Shown here in pieces: positions 62,642 to 64,000 of a stretch of 64,000 bases of DNA (position 1 is its first letter; the number at the start of each line of letters is the position of its first letter). The stretch comes from an uncultured Verrucomicrobiae bacterium. Lineage in GTDB: Bacteria; Verrucomicrobiota; Verrucomicrobiia; Chthoniobacterales; JAFAMB01. The translations under genes and the position numbers were made by a program. Where the stretch lies: the NCBI GenBank assembly GCA_963782115.1, contig CAWAIK010000001.1, forward strand, positions 851,500 through 915,499, read 5' to 3'. The notes beneath the pieces are model-generated. The model searched no databases, was not told where the DNA came from, and saw nothing but the letters and a program-made list of their open reading frames with translations.

Positions 62642-63343
62642 GTGTATTCTCTGCAAAACCACGCGACGTCGGCACTGCGGCTGACCAAACATCTTGACGA
62701 AGCTAAGAAAGCTGGGGCGCTGGCAGAGCGCTCCCGAATAGCCCGCGATGTTCATGATACATTGGCCCAATGCCTTACGGGAATATATACTCAACTGGAG
62801 GCTGCGTCTCAAATACGCCAAAAGAGCCCGGACCTGGCCGATGCGTGCATTCTCAAGGCAAAAGACCTGTCTCACAAGGGTCTTCAGGAGGTTCGACGCC
62901 TGGTGGCAACGCTTCAGCCTGATGCTGCTCAATGCGGCGATTTGGCCGGAAATCTGTGCAAATTGGCAGACGAGTCTTCGTGTGATGCCAGCACCAGGGT
63001 GCTCTTCAATTGCAAAGGAGCGGTTCGTCTCGTCCCTCCCGATATTGGCTACCAGTTCGTCCAAATTGGCCGGGAAGCCGTTGGGAATGCCCTCAGATAT
63101 GCCAAGGCCAGAAGCGTTCGTCTGAGGCTAGGATTCACAAATGTAAATATAGAACTTTCAATCGAAGATGATGGCATTGGTTTTCGACCCGATCATCCGA
63201 CAGTACCTAAGGGTTTTGGATTGAGTACCATGAGACAGCGCGCCAGCAGAATAGACGCGACATTCACTCTCCGAACTTCACCGGGAACAGGAACGGCGAT
63301 TCGAATCTCGGCGCCATGCCCGGCCTTTAGCGATCCCTTATGA
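62642..63343 (+). CDS. NarX/HisKA_3-type histidine kinase core, sensor domain missing
   Basis: ERSRIARDVHDTLAQ H-box, EAVGNALRYA, EDDGIGF, GFGLSTMRQRA, GTGT. Confidence 0.8.
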   Translation: MYSLQNHATSALRLTKHLDEAKKAGALAERSRIARDVHDTLAQCLTGIYTQLEAASQIRQKSPDLADACILKAKDLSHKGLQEVRRLVATLQPDAAQCGDLAGNLCKLADESSCDASTRVLFNCKGAVRLVPPDIGYQFVQIGREAVGNALRYAKARSVRLRLGFTNVNIELSIEDDGIGFRPDHPTVPKGFGLSTMRQRASRIDATFTLRTSPGTGTAIRISAPCPAFSDPL

Positions 63344-63969
63344 GCCGGCCTTCGAAACTTCGTCTTATTCTTGCGGACGATCATCCGGTGCTCCGAGAGG
63401 GATTATCATTGATTCTAGGCACCCTGCCCGATATGGCGGTAGTCGCTCAGGCTTCAACCGGGGAGGAAGCATTTGAGCTTTTTCTAAAGCTTGAGCCGGA
63501 TGTACTAATCCTGGATCTTCAGATGCCAGGTGAGGGGGGCGTGAGCACCGTAAAGCGACTTCTGAAAAAGCGGCCTGGCGCCAAGATTCTGATCCTGACC
63601 ACTTACGACGCGGATGAGGATATTTATCGCACAATGCTCGCCGGTGCTATTGGCTACGTCCTCAAGGATACTCCCAGTGATGAGTTAATTGGGGCGATTC
63701 GAACAATTGCTTCGGGTCAACGGTATATGAGTCGAACTGCAGGCGCCAAACTCGCCGGACGAATCGGAGCCCCTCAAATAACCGAACGCGAACTTTCCGT
63801 GTTGCGGTGTGTCGCAGCAGGACAAGCGAATAAGGAAATTGCGGATGCACTGGGTATCAGCGAGGGCACGGTGAAAAGTCACGTGAATAACATCATGCAG
63901 AAATTGGGCGCCCTCAGTCGCACAGACGCCGCGATCGCCGGGCTCCGAAAAGGGTTGATCAAGATGTAG
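63340..63969 (+). CDS. NarL/LuxR family response regulator
   Basis: LADDHPVLREGL, LDLQMP, GYVLK, ITERELSVL..NKEIA..TVKSHV. Confidence 0.95.
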   Translation: MSRPSKLRLILADDHPVLREGLSLILGTLPDMAVVAQASTGEEAFELFLKLEPDVLILDLQMPGEGGVSTVKRLLKKRPGAKILILTTYDADEDIYRTMLAGAIGYVLKDTPSDELIGAIRTIASGQRYMSRTAGAKLAGRIGAPQITERELSVLRCVAAGQANKEIADALGISEGTVKSHVNNIMQKLGALSRTDAAIAGLRKGLIKM

Positions 63970-64000
63970 TACGAGCCCGCAAGAATCACGTCAGGCGGCT

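Larger units (their letters stand above)
51841..64000. mobile_element. Putative tRNA-Val-anchored genomic island (stress/chaperone cargo), right end outside window
   Basis: Begins at the tRNA 3' end with an IHF-like site and a TGATAGCA direct repeat; contains an orphan antitoxin, an IS and several decayed genes; no integrase seen. Confidence 0.5.

Overview
Bacterial chromosomal window of roughly 55% GC by eye. Gene content (MoxR/Bat operon, Ser/Thr kinase paired with an ECF sigma, MglA, GuaB3, short intergenic tandem repeats) suggests a soil Verrucomicrobiota (Spartobacteria/Chthoniobacterales-like); this is an inference. Positions 1-51.8 kb are mostly core genes: bat/moxR, icd, rpmE-prfA-prmC-murA, fabF, guaB3, exbBD, mglA, rpoN, aroC, gatB, ahbAB-like and amtB-glnK, the last with a clear sigma54 promoter. 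They are interspersed with a candidate 6S-like RNA, a ligD relic and an accessory block (kinase, ECF sigma, FkbM, M1 pseudo-peptidase). After tRNA-Val(TAC) at 51769-51840 an apparent island begins, carrying an orphan antitoxin, ftsH-clpB-dnaJ/cbpA-cbpM, ppk2 and a two-component pair, several of them damaged. Highlights: (1) a complete 2605-bp IS with 14-bp TIRs, a 6-bp TSD and an unusually large 784-aa DDE transposase splitting ftsH; (2) an in-frame amidohydrolase-TM-D,D-carboxypeptidase fusion; (3) a full-length secreted M1 aminopeptidase homologue that has lost most catalytic motifs; (4) MglA paired with a 455-aa Roadblock protein carrying a duplicated unknown domain; (5) an unannotated ~197-nt structured RNA. 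All calls come from reading motifs by eye; no searches were run.
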